From contig OX597818.1 of the NCBI GenBank assembly GCA_951406725.2, forward strand, positions 147,250,001 through 147,314,000: a stretch of DNA of 64,000 nucleotides, written 5' to 3'. This document shows, piece by piece, positions 27,364 through 41,710 of this stretch; position 1 is the first letter of the stretch; each line of letters begins with the position of its first letter. This stretch comes from Octopus vulgaris. Lineage: Eukaryota. Position numbers and translations under genes: made by a program. Below the pieces are notes generated by a model that was not told the origin of the DNA, searched no databases, and worked only from the letters and a program-made list of their open reading frames with translations.

Positions 27364-27874
27364 TAGATACGAGGTATCTAGTTTCAATACTTAATATCGA
27401 CATACTCCCAATCTTCAGATCTGGATTCCTCAACATTTTTCACCACCCCTACCTCTTATATACCTCCATGGTATTCTATATCTTCGATATAATCTTACTT
27501 CACATATAAAAATGAATATAAATACAAGAGGTTATCACAACTGATTTACTGACTCACCTTTCTGTTGTGTAGTGGAATTGAACCTAAAATTACACAGTTG
27601 GAAAGTGAAATATGGTAAATGTCTGATGAAGGAAGTGTTCATCTTTATATATATATATATACATATATATATGTATAAGGGTGAAAAGGAACACACGAGT
27701 TGATATATATGAAAAAACAAGTCAAAATAGAAAATGCTAAAATAATTTTATAAAGAACATTATAGTACCTGTGTATAGGAGGTACTACAAATAAATATCA
27801 GAAAGTTCTACTGGTGTATCTATTCCTTTATATAGTACTGTCAGGGGAACCAGAAATGAATGCATCACGGGAAC

Positions 27875-27974
27875 AGACCTGAAGATTGGGAGTATATCGA
27901 CCCGATTAAGTATTGAAACTAGATACCTTGTATCTAACCAATACCGACGTACTTTCATGAAACACGTGTAGTCT
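27875..27974 (+). ncRNA. Type I hammerhead ribozyme motif
   Basis: agac-CTGAAGA-t-tgggagta...tactttca-t-GAAA-cacgtg-TA-gtct; GUA site; palindromic stem III. Confidence 0.8.
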
Positions 27975-28104
27975 TATAAACGGAAAATACAGGATTCAGG
28001 ATAGATATAGTTAGTATAAGTTTTAATATTTAATATTTTATGGAGTGGTAGGGTATAAAATCTTTCAGTGTTGATTGAGTTGAATGTGGTTCTGTCTCTA
28101 AAAC

Positions 28105-28187
<83 letters not shown>

Positions 28188-28524
28188 TATATATGCTATG
28201 CAGTGAGACCAAGCCAGAGACTTAATGATTGTGAAGGTAATTTCTTAACTATCCAACCGTGTTTTACCACACAACTCAATAGCTTTTACAAGAGGTTATC
28301 ACAACTGATTTACTGACTCACCTTTCTGTTGTGTAGTGGAATTGAACCTAAAATTACACAGCTGGAAAGTGAAATATGGTAAATGTCTGATGAAGGAAGT
28401 GTTCATCTTTATATATATATATATATATATATATGTATAAGGGTGAAAAGGAACACACGAGTTGATATATATGAAAAAACAAGTCAAAATAGAAAATGCT
28501 AAAATAATTTTATAAAGAACATTT

Positions 28525-28562
28525 CAGTACCGGTTTCGGTCATTTTGAGACCTTTTCAACTG
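28525..28562 (-). ncRNA. Minimal hammerhead motif, U3-A8 core variant
   Basis: cag-TTGAAAA-ggtc-tcaaaat-gacc-GAAA-ccgg-TA-ctg. Confidence 0.7.
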
Positions 28563-28693
28563 TAACGATTAAATAATTAAATTTAGAAAAATTAAAAGAA
28601 AAGGTTTTTTAAAGGAATATTTGTATAGTGTTCAAATATAGGTGGCATTCTGCCTTTCTCTGTCTCCCTTGTTTGCACTTGTGTGTTCGAGGC

Positions 28694-28762
28694 CTCGAGT
28701 TTCACATTCCCATTCGTCAGACAGTTGGACGAATGGGAATGTGAAACTTTGAGTAACAGTTT
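28694..28762. repeat. Hairpin made of two inverted, incomplete HHR copies
   Basis: Minus: aactgt-CTGACGA-atgggaatgt-GAAA-ctcgag; plus: gacga-atgggaatgt-GAAA-ctttgag-TA-acagtt. Confidence 0.6.
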
Positions 28763-28801
28763 TTGTGATGTCTTTGCAGCTTTATTAATAAAGTGTGTAT
28801 G

Positions 28802-28890
<89 letters not shown>

Positions 28891-28894
28891 CGGG

Positions 28895-29219
28895 GGGGGA
28901 CCCCCTTCGGTCACAACACTGACCATGGGATGGCACCTAGAAAGTTACCCTCCTAGTCACAAGTCTGGGCAAGGTGGTTTATGGAAGACCAGCAGTCGCC
29001 CATGCATACAAGCCTCCCTTCTCCACGCCACCAGTGTTATCCAAAGGAAAGGCAAAGGCCGATACAGCTTGGCACCTGTGACGTCGCAACTCATTTCTAC
29101 AGCTGAGTGAACTGGAGCAACGTGAAATAAAGTGTCTTGCTCAAGAACACAACACACAGCCTGGTCCAGGATTCGAGCTCACAACCTCACAATCGTAAGC
29201 TCGACGCTCTAACCACTGA

Positions 29220-29222
<3 letters not shown>
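28895..29222 (-). mobile_element. tRNA-derived SINE, family B, well preserved
   Basis: tggctcagtggttagagcgtcg A box; gtgagctcgaatcc B-box-like. Confidence 0.85.
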
Positions 29223-30772
<1,550 letters not shown>

Positions 30773-31304
30773 TACAGTTGAACCTCACAGTATGAGTGCA
30801 CCATTGTATGAATAATTTGCTGAAAGAGCCAATTGAAGTACAAGCGAGTTACATACAAGTAACTGCTAATCAGCGCTGAGCTCGCACATCCTCTCCCAAC
30901 AAGTCCAGTCTCCGCTTGCTCAGTACACATGTTTATCTCATTGTGGTAGCATCCCTGTTGTGCTGTTCCCAATGATTTTTTTTATAACTTTCTGCATTCT
31001 TTTGTTAGTTTTTGCTAGCCATGGTTCCTAAAAAGGTTAGTCTAAAGGACAGTACAGAGAAGAAGAAAAAGCTGATTACAATAGAACTGAAAAAGGAAGC
31101 AACTGAAAACATGAGAGAGGAGTGTTTGTAATGGACATAGAATGTCAATATGACCAAAGCACATTGATGATCTTCCCCATCCTAAAGAAAAATGACGAGA
31201 TCAAGGCCATTGCAACAGCAAAGGGTGTCTTCAGGCTCTCCAAGCAACGCACATCTGTCCATGAAAAGATGGAAAAATTGCTAATCCTGTGGCTCAATGA
31301 GAAG

Positions 31305-34292
31305 TTCAAGGCTCTCGTGGTTACGGGTTGCACGACCACTCTCGTGACTCCGAGAGAGACGAAGAAATGGAATGGGGCAAGTAGCGTACAGGCGGTCAAT
31401 GGCAGCAAAATCCGATGCAAGGACAGCAGCAATGCAGAGAGAGCAGAGCAAAGCGCGATGCTAGAGCTGCAGGTAATCGGGATTGAACATGTGGTAGACG
31501 GGGTTGATGTGGTGATGGAGATGGATGCCATCAACTGCCTCGGTGATGTCAGGAGTGCAAGAGATGAGGTCACGTTCGGAAGCGTGGGGAGTCGTGCACT
31601 ATGTGTCAAGATCGCCAGAGAGAGCAGAGCTCCGTGAGGGACTGCGCCGCTTACATCATTGAAGATTGGCTGTGGACGATAGAGTGGTGATGGAAAGACG
31701 AGCCTCCGATGCTGAAGAACAGGATGAGCTACTACCAGCGTACCCTGAAAGGTCACGCCAGGGTCGAGTTCAAAGACGAGATAGAGAGATGGATCAAGGA
31801 AGGAGTCGTTATCCTGTGGAAAGAGTAGGTGGTGAGCGGAGTGCTACCTTTGATGGCGGTGGTGCAGCCAACGAAAGGAAAAGTCAGACCGATGCTGACC
31901 ATATATCGTTCCACACGGGAGGCGAGGCGACGGACGTTTGCGGCGAGACGTTACGTGTGTGGAGACAGTCGACCAAGGCAGCGACGATTGTTGACTTGAA
32001 GTCGGCATACTTGCAATTCCACGTGAGAGACAAACTGTGAAGATATCAGCTAGTGCGGTACAAAGGCCGGACATACTGTATAACCAGGCTGGGTTTCGGA
32101 CTGAATTCCGCTCCAAAGATCATGACAACAGTGCTCAATTCCATCTTAGGGAAAGAGGACAAGATAAGAAAGGCCACTAGTTCCTACATAGACGACATTT
32201 TGGTGGACGAGACTGTAGTGCCAGCCACCGAGGTAGTGAGACATCTGGAGAAGTTCGGGTTGATTGCAAAGCCACCGGAGTTGATGGCGGGGGAGCTGCA
32301 CTGGAACTGAAGCTACAAAGAGATAGATCGGGTGAGTTGGTGTTCCGGAGAGGAAATGAAATCCCAGAGTTGAGTTCTAGCGTCAACAGGAGAGAGCTGT
32401 TCTCGGTGTGTGTGAAGTTGGTTGGTCACTACCCGATTGTTGGATGGCTACGCACAGCTTGCAGTTACACCAAGAGACGAGTGGAGAGGGAGACATGGGC
32501 TGATAAGGTGGGAGGGGGAAATCCTAGAGAGAAGGAAAGCGGAAGACCCGGTCAGGGGAAACTGATAAGTGCCCAAGACGGAATGCGGGACCGTTTGGTG
32601 TGATGCTAGCAGTATAGCAGTAGGGGTTGTGTTGGAGATCGAAGGCGCTGAGGTAGAGCACGCAGCCTGGATTCGGAAAGCAGACGGCTTTAATCACATC
32701 AATGTCGCCGCATTAGGTGCGATGCTGAAGGGGCTGAACTTGGCCCTGAAATGGGGGCTGCGCTCAATCAAAATCCGGACGGATTCGGCCACCATGCTCG
32801 GCTGGGTAGGATTGGTGATCACCGGTGAGAGGAGAGTTCGGACGAAAGGTGTCGCGGAGATGTTGGTGAAGCGCCGCCTAGGAGTTCTAAGAGAGCTGAT
32901 TGCCGAGTTTGGACTGAAGCTGAACGTGGTTTTCGTGCTTTCGGAGAGAAACAGGGCAGACGCACTGACCAGGGTGTAAAGAGTGTGGCTAGAGGAGCCG
33001 GAGGAGGCAAAGAAAGGGATAGCTGTGGCTTGACGGTTGGATGACTTCGAACTGAAGAGACTACATGCTATGCATCATTTTGGGGGTGGATAGGACCCTG
33101 TATCTCGCGAAGATGATTGATGCTGGCGTCACTAGGAGAAGCATCTGGAAAGTGGTCGGGAGCTGTGACAGGTGCCAGTTCATTGACCCTGCTCCATGTG
33201 GGCATGAGCAAGGAAACCTTTCGGTAGAGCACAACTGGAAAAGACTAGCTGTGGATGCGACGCACTACCGTCAGGGAATGTATCTCTCCATGGTCGACTG
33301 CGGGCCGGGCCGGATAGCCATTTGGAGGGGGTTGAAGACGGGCATTGCTGACGAAATTGCTCAGATTTTGAATGGGATATTTTTAGAGAGGGGTCTCGTG
33401 GAAGAACTGCTAATGGACAACGGGGCGGCGTTTTGTTCGGAAGCGTTGAGGGATATGCTCGACCGGTGGAAAGTGCGTTGCTTGTTCAGAGCAGTGTATA
33501 GGCCGAACGATAACGGAATCGTAGAGAGACACCATCGGACGATCAAGGCCATGGCGGAAAGAGGGCACATTTCGCCGCTGGAAGCAATTTTGTGGTATAA
33601 CATGTCTCCCCGATCCGGACAAGCTGAAGAATCTGTACCACACAGAGCAGTATTTATATACGAATGGAGGCATTCCAATAAAGAGTGCCACGAGGAGGAG
33701 AAGGAACCCGCCTGCGTGAAAATAGGGGAGGAATTTTGGGTTAAGCCATCGAAGGCGCGCTGTACATCTCAATGGAGCAGAGGAACGGTAACGGCGGTCA
33801 ATTTCAGAAACAACATCTCTGTGGATGGAATGCCGCGTCACGTTTTGGACCTTCGCAGGATTGTCGCTTCGACGAATGACTATTGGGAGAGGAGGAGAAT
33901 GAGGTGCCTAGCTTGAGGAGATCTCGACGCGTTAGGCGCCCGACTGGTTGGATGGTGGACTTCGACATGGAGTAGGGTGGGATGTAATCTTTAAGATCAG
34001 GGTAACGTGTGGGATGACGTCAGCAGCTGGGGAGCTGACCGGAACTTAGGAGTTGACTGGAAGAGGAAGGGCGCATAAGTGACGCGCGCACAGGCGGGGG
34101 AAGATTGCACCCTTTTCGATCGGGGAAGCCGTGAGTGCAGGAGGTGTCAGTGCTTCGTCAAGGTGAAGGAAAACAGCTGCCATTTTTAGCGTTTCGGGAC
34201 GGGCCATGTGGAAGGATACGTTACCACCTGACAGGTTTGCGCCAACGAAGAGAAGGTAGGTGTCTTATTTCTAATCTCCCGCCTTCTCTACA
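31305..34292 (+). mobile_element. Ty3/Gypsy LTR retrotransposon: pol plus probable 3' LTR; 5' LTR and gag missing
   Basis: Order PR (ALVVTGC), RT (DLKSAY, FGLNSAP, YIDD), RNase H (CDAS), integrase (C..C, VDATH, DNG, NGIVER); multiple frameshifts. Confidence 0.9.
34008..34292 (+). repeat. Putative 3' LTR
   Basis: TG...CA ends after a weak purine-rich tract; Tigger sequence resumes immediately afterwards; no second LTR to confirm. Confidence 0.55.
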
Positions 34293-35688
34293 GCATCTAA
34301 GGCCAGTCATGGTAGGTTCGATAATTACATGAAGAGGACTGGTGTTCATAGCGTTCAGGTATGGAGAAGCAGCAAGTTTTGACAAGAAGGCAGCTGAGGA
34401 TTTCGTGCGTGAATTCTGTCAGTTCATCGCAGCCAAGGGGTACATCACACAACAGGTATTCATATGTGATGAAACTGGTGATTTTTTTTGGGGCGGGGGG
34501 GAATGCCCAAGGGAACTGCAGAAGGAAAGAAAATGCCAGTCCACAAGCCTATGAAAGATAGGTTAACTCTTGTCCTTTGTGCTAATGTGAGTGGAAACTT
34601 GAAGATTAAGCCTCTCCTTGTCTACCATTCTGAAAACTCACGAGCACAAAATCCTGAAGGAGAAACTGCAGGTCATGTGGAGGGTAAACGTTAATGCCTC
34701 GGTCACTAAGCAGTTCTTCACTGAGTGGGTCAACATTATCTTTGAACCAGCAGTGAAAAAGTACCTTCTGGGGAACAATCTTCCTCTCAAGGCCCTCCTC
34801 ATCATTGACTATGCTCCTGCTCACCCTCCTAACTTTGAAGATGATATCCTGGACGAATTTAAATTCATACAAGTCTACACCTTTCATGCAACACTACCAA
34901 CAGGTGATTTCTAATTTGAAGAAATTGTACAGCAAGCACCTGCTTCGTCGGTGCTTTGAAGTTACCGAAAAAACAAATCTAACCCTTTGTAAGTTTTGGA
35001 AGTACTACAACATTGTTAACTGCCCGAAAATCATCGATATGCCCTGGTAAGGTGTGACGAGGAGAATGCTTAATTCTGCATAATGGAAACTGTGGCTTGA
35101 CTACATATCTGGAAGAGACTTCGAAGGGTTTGAGTTTCAGACACCTGTAGTTAAGGAGATAGTGTCTCTTGGCAAGTCCATGGGCCTCGAGGTTGATGAT
35201 CGGGGCATTAACGATTTCGTCGAGGAACACTCAGAGGAGCTGACGACAGATGAACTGCAGTTTCAGGAGCAGCATCATTGGAATGCGGTGGAAGATGCAG
35301 CAGCGTTCGGCTGCAGTGGAAGATTAGGACAGTGTAGCAGAGAAGGCTATCTCTACGAGTGGCATAAAGGCAACTTTGGCAAAGTGGCAGTGTATTTCTT
35401 TCATCCTGAAAAAGTATTTATAGGTCATGCAGCTGCTTTATTTAATGACACTGCCTTGGCACATTTTTACAACATTTTGAAAGGCAGGAAAAAGCAGACT
35501 TCTTTTGATATGTTTCTAATGAAATGACCTGCAAGTATGAAAAGTGAAGAAAGAGTGTAAGTCCGGCTGCCACATCTAGAGAAAGCCCAGCGGCTACACC
35601 AAGTAAAGAGAAAGATGAGGAGGTAGGCGAATTTGTGCAGCCCCTCCCCCAACTTAAACTGTAAGTGTCCCTTTAAAATTTTTATACC

Positions 35689-36110
35689 ATGTCGATTAAG
35701 TTAGGGTGCATGAATGTGCGTGGTCTGGGGTCGAATGGAAACAAACTCAGGTCACGTGATATAAATGTGTGCATCGTAACTGAGTACAAGATGAGTGGAC
35801 CACAAGCGTTCTCGCCCCTCTTGAATGGTTACGAGAAATTTATTTCTCCTAGCCGACAACGAGGAGGGGGCGTGGTGGTCTTATTCAGGAAGAACTTGAT
35901 TGTACAGGTAAGTACTGTCTTTCTGGATCCAGGTTGGCTGGTCGTCCTGGATGTGACCCACGAGAGTAAACAGTTCTTCAGGTTGGTAGCGGTCTACGCT
36001 CCTAACGAGCGTGGGCAGTTCTGTTTTTTTTTTTTGTTTTTGTTTTTGGAGACCTGGAGCACATTTTAGTGACGTCGAACACGGGTGTTCTGTTAGGAGA
36101 TGCACAGGTG
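35689..36110 (+). mobile_element. L1/Tx1-like ORF2 APE endonuclease fragment
   Basis: GCMNVRGL, TE, GGVVVLF, LVAVYAPN. Confidence 0.75.
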
Positions 36111-36422
36111 GATAGTGTTGGCTCGACTATCTTTTACTTGTTTCAGTCATTTGACTGCAGCACCGCCTTGAATGGTTTTAGTTGAACAAATCGTCCCTAG
36201 TACTTATTGTATTGGTCTCTTTTGGGAGTGGGAAAACAAGAAACGACGCAAGAGGGGTAAGTTTTCAGAAAGCTGTTATTAATCTTACGCTTGAAAAGAA
36301 AAGGGAGTTTTGATGTTTTGGACATTAGAGCCCTTCATTTAAAAAACAGAACAGGTTGTAGAAAAAAAAAAAGAAGAGGAAATGAAAGAGACAAAAAAGA
36401 AAAGTTTCATCGGGTAGGAAAG

Positions 36423-38185
36423 CATGTATGTATGTATGTATGTATGTATGTATGTATGCATGTATGTATGCATGCATGTATGTATGTATGTATGTATGCA
36501 TGTATGTATGTATGTATGTATGTATGTATGTATGTATGTATGTATGTATGTATGTATGTATGTATGTATGTATGTATGTATGTATGTATGCATGTATGTA
36601 TGTATGCATGCATGTATGTATGTATGTATGTATGTATGTATGCATGTCTGTATGTATGTATGTATGTATGTATGCATGCATGTATGTATGTATGTATGCA
36701 TGTATGTATGTATGTATGCATGTATGTATGTATGTATGTATGTATGTATGTATGCATGTATGTGTGTATGTATGTATGCATGCATGTATGTATTATGTAT
36801 GTATGTATGTATGTGTGTGTGTATGTATGTATGTATGTATGTATGCATGTATGTATGTATGTATGTATGCATGTATGTATGTATGTATGTGTGTATGTAT
36901 GTATGTATGTATGTATGTATGTATGTATGTATGTATGCATGTGTGTGTATGTATGTATGTATGTATGTATGCATGCATGTATGTATGTATGTATGTGTGT
37001 GTGTGTATATGTATGTATGTATGTATGTATGTGTGTGTGTATGTATGTATGCATGCATGTATGTATGTATGTATGTATGTATGCATGTATGTATGTATGT
37101 ATGTATGTATGTATGTATGTATGTATGTATGTATGTATGTATGTATGTATGTATGTATGTATGTATGCATGCATGCATGCATGCATGTTTGTATGTATGT
37201 ATGTATGTATGTATGTATGTATGTATGTATGTATGTATGTATGTATGTATGTATGTATGTATGTATGTATGTATGTATGTATGTATGCATGTATGTGTGT
37301 ATGTATGCATGTGTGTGTGTATGTATGTATGTATGTATGTATGTGTGTGTGTATGTATGTATGTATGTGTGTGTGTATGTATGTATGTATGTATGTATGC
37401 ATGTATGTATGTATGTATGTATGTATGCATGTGTGTGTGTATGTATGTATGTATGTATGTATGCATGTATGTATGTATGTATGTATGCATGCATGTATGT
37501 ATGTATGTATGCATGTATGTATGTATGTATGTATGTATGTATGTATGTATGTATGTATGTATGTATGTATGTATGTATGTATGTATGTATGTATGTATGT
37601 ATGTATGTATGTATGTATGTATGTATGTATGTATGTATGCATGTGTGTATGTATGTATGTATGTATGTATGTATGTATGTATGTATGTATGTATGTATGT
37701 ATGTATGTATGTATGTATGTATGTATGTATGTATGTATGTATGTATGTATGTATGTATGTATGTATGTATGTATGTATGTATGTATGTATGTATGTATGT
37801 ATGTATGTATGTATGTATGTATGTATGTATGTATGTATGTATGTATGTATGTGTATGTATGTATGTATGTATGTATGTATGTATGTATGTATGTATGTAT
37901 GTATGTATGTATGTATGTATGTATGTATGTATGTATGTATGTATGTATGTATGTATGTATGTATGTATGTATGTATGTATGTATGTATGTATGCATGTGT
38001 GTGTGTATGTATGTATGTATGTATGTATGTATGTATGTATGTATGTATGTATGTATGTATGTATGTATGTATGTATGTATGTATGTGTGTATGTATGTAT
38101 GTATGTATGTATGTATGTATGTATGTATGTATGTATGTATGTATGTATGTATGTATGTATGTATGTGTATGTATGTATGTATGTA

Positions 38186-38218
<33 letters not shown>

Positions 38219-39070
38219 GTGTGTATGTATGTATGTATGTATGTATGTATGTATGTGTGTATGTATGTATGTATGCATGTGTGTGTGTATGTATGTATGT
38301 ATGTATGTATGTATGTATGTATGTATGTATGTATGTATGTATGTATGTGTATGTATGTATGTATGTATGTGTGTATGTATGTATGCATGCATGTATGTAT
38401 GTATGTATGTATGTATGTATGTATGTATGTATGTATGTATGTATGTATGTATGTATGTATGTATGTATGTATGTGTGTATGTATGTATGTATGTATGCAT
38501 GTATGTGTGTATGTATGTATGTATGTATGTATGTATGTATGTATGCATGAATGCATGTATGTATGTATGTATGTGTGTATGCATGTATGTATGTATGTAT
38601 GTATGTATGTATGTGTGCATGTATGTATGTATGTATGTATGTATGTATGTATGTATGTATGTGTGTATGTATGTATGTATGTATGTATGTATGCATGTAT
38701 GTGTGTATGTATGTATGCATGTATGTATGCATGTATGTATGTATGTATGTATGCATACATGTATGCATGTATGCATGTATGTATGTATGTATGTATGCAT
38801 GCATGTATGTATGTATGTATGTATGCATGTATGTATGGATATGATGTATGTATGTATGTATGTATGTATGTATGCATGCATGTATGTATGTATGTATGTA
38901 TGTATGTATGTATGCATGTATGTATGGATTGATGCATGTATGTATGTATGTATGTATGTATGTATGTATGTATGTATGTATGTATGTATGTATGTATGTA
39001 TGTATGTATGTATGTATGTATGTATGCATGCATGTATGTATGTATGTATGTATGTATGTATGTATGTATG

Positions 39071-39102
<32 letters not shown>

Positions 39103-39737
39103 TGTATGTATGTATGTATGTATGTATGTATGTATGCATGCATGTATGTATGTATGTATGTATGTATGTATGTATGTATGCATGCATGTATGTATGTATG
39201 TATGTATGTATGCATGCATGCATGTATGTATGTATGCATGTATGTATGTATGTATGTATGTATGTATGTATGTATGTATGTATGTATGTATGTATGTATG
39301 TATGTATGTATGTATGTATGTTGTATGTATGTATGTATGTATGCACGCATGTGTGTGTGTATGTATGTATATATGTATGTATGTATGCACACACGCATGC
39401 ATGTATGTATGTATGTATGTATGTATGTATGTGTGTGTGTATGTATGTATGTATGCATGTATGTGTGTATGTATGCATGCATGCATGCATGTATGTATGT
39501 ATGTATGTATGTATGTATGTGTGTGTATGTATGTATGTATGTATGTATGTATGCATGTATGTATGTATGTATGCATGTATGTATGTATGTATGTGTGTAT
39601 GTATGTATGTATGTATGTATGTATGTATGTATGTATGTATGTATGTATGTATGTATGTATGTATGTATCTATGCATGTGTGTGTATGTATGTATGTATGT
39701 ATGTATGTATGTATGTACGCATGTATGTATGTATGTA

Positions 39738-39768
<31 letters not shown>

Positions 39769-39773
39769 ATGTA

Positions 39774-39804
<31 letters not shown>

Positions 39805-40030
39805 ATGTATGTATGCATGTATGTATGCATGTATGTATGTATGTATGTATGTATGCATGCATGTATGTATGCATGTATGTATGTATGTATGTATGTATGT
39901 ATGCATGTATGTATGCATGTATGCATGCATGTATGTATGTATGTATGCATGTATGCATGTATGTATGTATGTATGCATGTATGTATGTATGTATGTATGT
40001 ATGCATGTGTGTGTGTATGTATGTATGTAC

Positions 40031-40061
<31 letters not shown>

Positions 40062-40516
40062 TGTATGTATGTATGCATGTATGTATGTATGTATGTATGT
40101 ATATATGTATGTATGTATGTATGTATGCATGTATGCATGTATGTATGTATGTATGCATGTATGTATGTATGTATGTATGCATGTGTGTGTGTATGTATGT
40201 ATGTATGTATGTATGTATGTATGCATGCATGTATGTATGTATGTATGTGTGTGTGTATGTATGTATGTATGTATGTATGTATGTATGTGTGTGTGTATGT
40301 ATGTATGCATGTATGTATGTATGTATGTATGTATGTTTGTATGTATGTATGTATATATGCATGTATGTATGTATGTATGTATGCATGCATGCATGTATGT
40401 ATGTATGTATGTATGTATGTATGTATGTATGTATGTATGTTTGTATGTATGTATGTATGCATGTATGTATGCATGTATGTATGCATCCATGTATGTATGT
40501 ATGTATGTATGTATGC
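36423..40516. repeat. ~4.1 kb (TATG)n tetranucleotide array with CATG/TGTG variants
   Basis: Direct reading. Confidence 0.98.
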
Positions 40517-40974
40517 CAACATACGTACATACAAACATACACACTTATGCACACATATATACCATATAGGATACAAAATGTAATTCTGATTTAATTTTTA
40601 TTTTCATTTTCTAGTATTGTTTTAAATTGATTAGCGATTTTATATTGAAGTCATGAAGGTGAAGTTAAGATGGAAGAATTTGAAAATTGGAAGAAAGGAT
40701 TAACTAAGTTGTCACTGAAACGTACGGAGATGAACGAGATGACAGAAAATAAATCAGTGTTAATTTAGCTTGAAGTAGGAACATTATTTTTATTTATGTC
40801 TAATCCCTTCAAATTCTGACTAATAATTTCTATAACTTCACTTCAAACAAAACTTTACCCTCATCAATTTTAATTAATGAATTATTTCAATTCAATTTTC
40901 TTTTAAGCTTTTAATTAGGAGTTGTTTCCCTTTAAACATTATTCAGAATTGTTTAGTTCTTAATAGAGATGCAA

Positions 40975-41165
40975 TACTCTTTTCTACTCTAGGCAGGAGG
41001 CCCGAAATTTTGTGGGAGGGGCCAGTCAATTAGATCGACCTCAGTAGGCAACTGGTACTTAATTTATCGACCCCGAAAGGATGTAAGACAAAGTCGACCT
41101 CGGTAGAATTTGAACTCAGAACATAAAGACAGACGAAATATCGCTAAGTATTTCACCCGGCGTGC
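40975..41165 (-). mobile_element. Family C SINE (tRNA-like head; core resembles Meta-type domain)
   Basis: tcgaccccgaaaggatg...aagtcgacctcgg...atttgaactcagaac, shared with 42130-42280, 42855-43050, 43420-43990, 48640-49068. Confidence 0.75.
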
Positions 41166-41369
41166 TCGTCACATAACGCGGTGAGCAGGATATTCGATTA
41201 TCCTAAAACTGTAATCCTAAGTGTGATAGCGGCTGCAGTTTTTGACGACGACGATGATGAAGGCTTCTTTATTTTCCTCGACGATGACGGGTTGAGAGGA
41301 CACAAGATAGGTAGTAGTATAGAGTAGTAGTATAGAGTAGTAGTAAGCATGGGCAATCGGTTTCGAGAC

Positions 41370-41631
41370 CCGACGAACGTCAGAAATAGGTAGCACACAC
41401 AAGTTGGAATTTCTGTTTTGACGGGGATATTTAAAATTTCTTTTCACGGTGCCCTTTGAAATGATGGGAACATCCTTTTAGCAAAAAATTTTCGAAAAAT
41501 GACTTTTTATGTTTGCTAGAATATTTTAAAATTAAATTTTTTTTTTTTGCTAAAAAGATACTCTCCATCATTTCCAAGGGTACCGTGAAAACAAATCTGG
41601 GAAATCCTCGTCAAACTGGAGAAATTCTAAC

Positions 41632-41688
<57 letters not shown>

Positions 41689-41710
41689 ACCTATTGCTGA
41701 CGTCCGTTGT
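41370..41710. mobile_element. Imperfect palindromic MITE with (TG)n expansion in the right arm
   Basis: acgtcagaaataggtagcacacacaag...cttttagcaaaaaa is inverted as ttttttgctaaaag...cttgtgtg(tg)n-ctacctattgctgacgt. Confidence 0.7.

Larger units (their letters stand above)
30775..35650 (+). mobile_element. Tigger/pogo DNA transposon, decayed, interrupted by Gypsy
   Basis: TA|CAGTTGAACCTC terminus; MVPKK...KKKLITIELKKE from 31021; MEKLLILWLNEK; resumes KASHG.FD...GEAAS, CDETG, KDRLTLVLCAN.SG..K.KPLLVYHSEN, ALLIIDYAPAHP; right TIR not found. Confidence 0.9.

Noticed and set aside
31305-34303. AAGGC as the Gypsy target-site duplication
   Set aside because: The left junction is within the protease, not at an LTR end, so the match is likely coincidental
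36291-40594. ORFs of 500-1430 aa (MYVC/HTYI repeats)
   Set aside because: Translations of a stop-free (TATG)n array, open in nearly all frames
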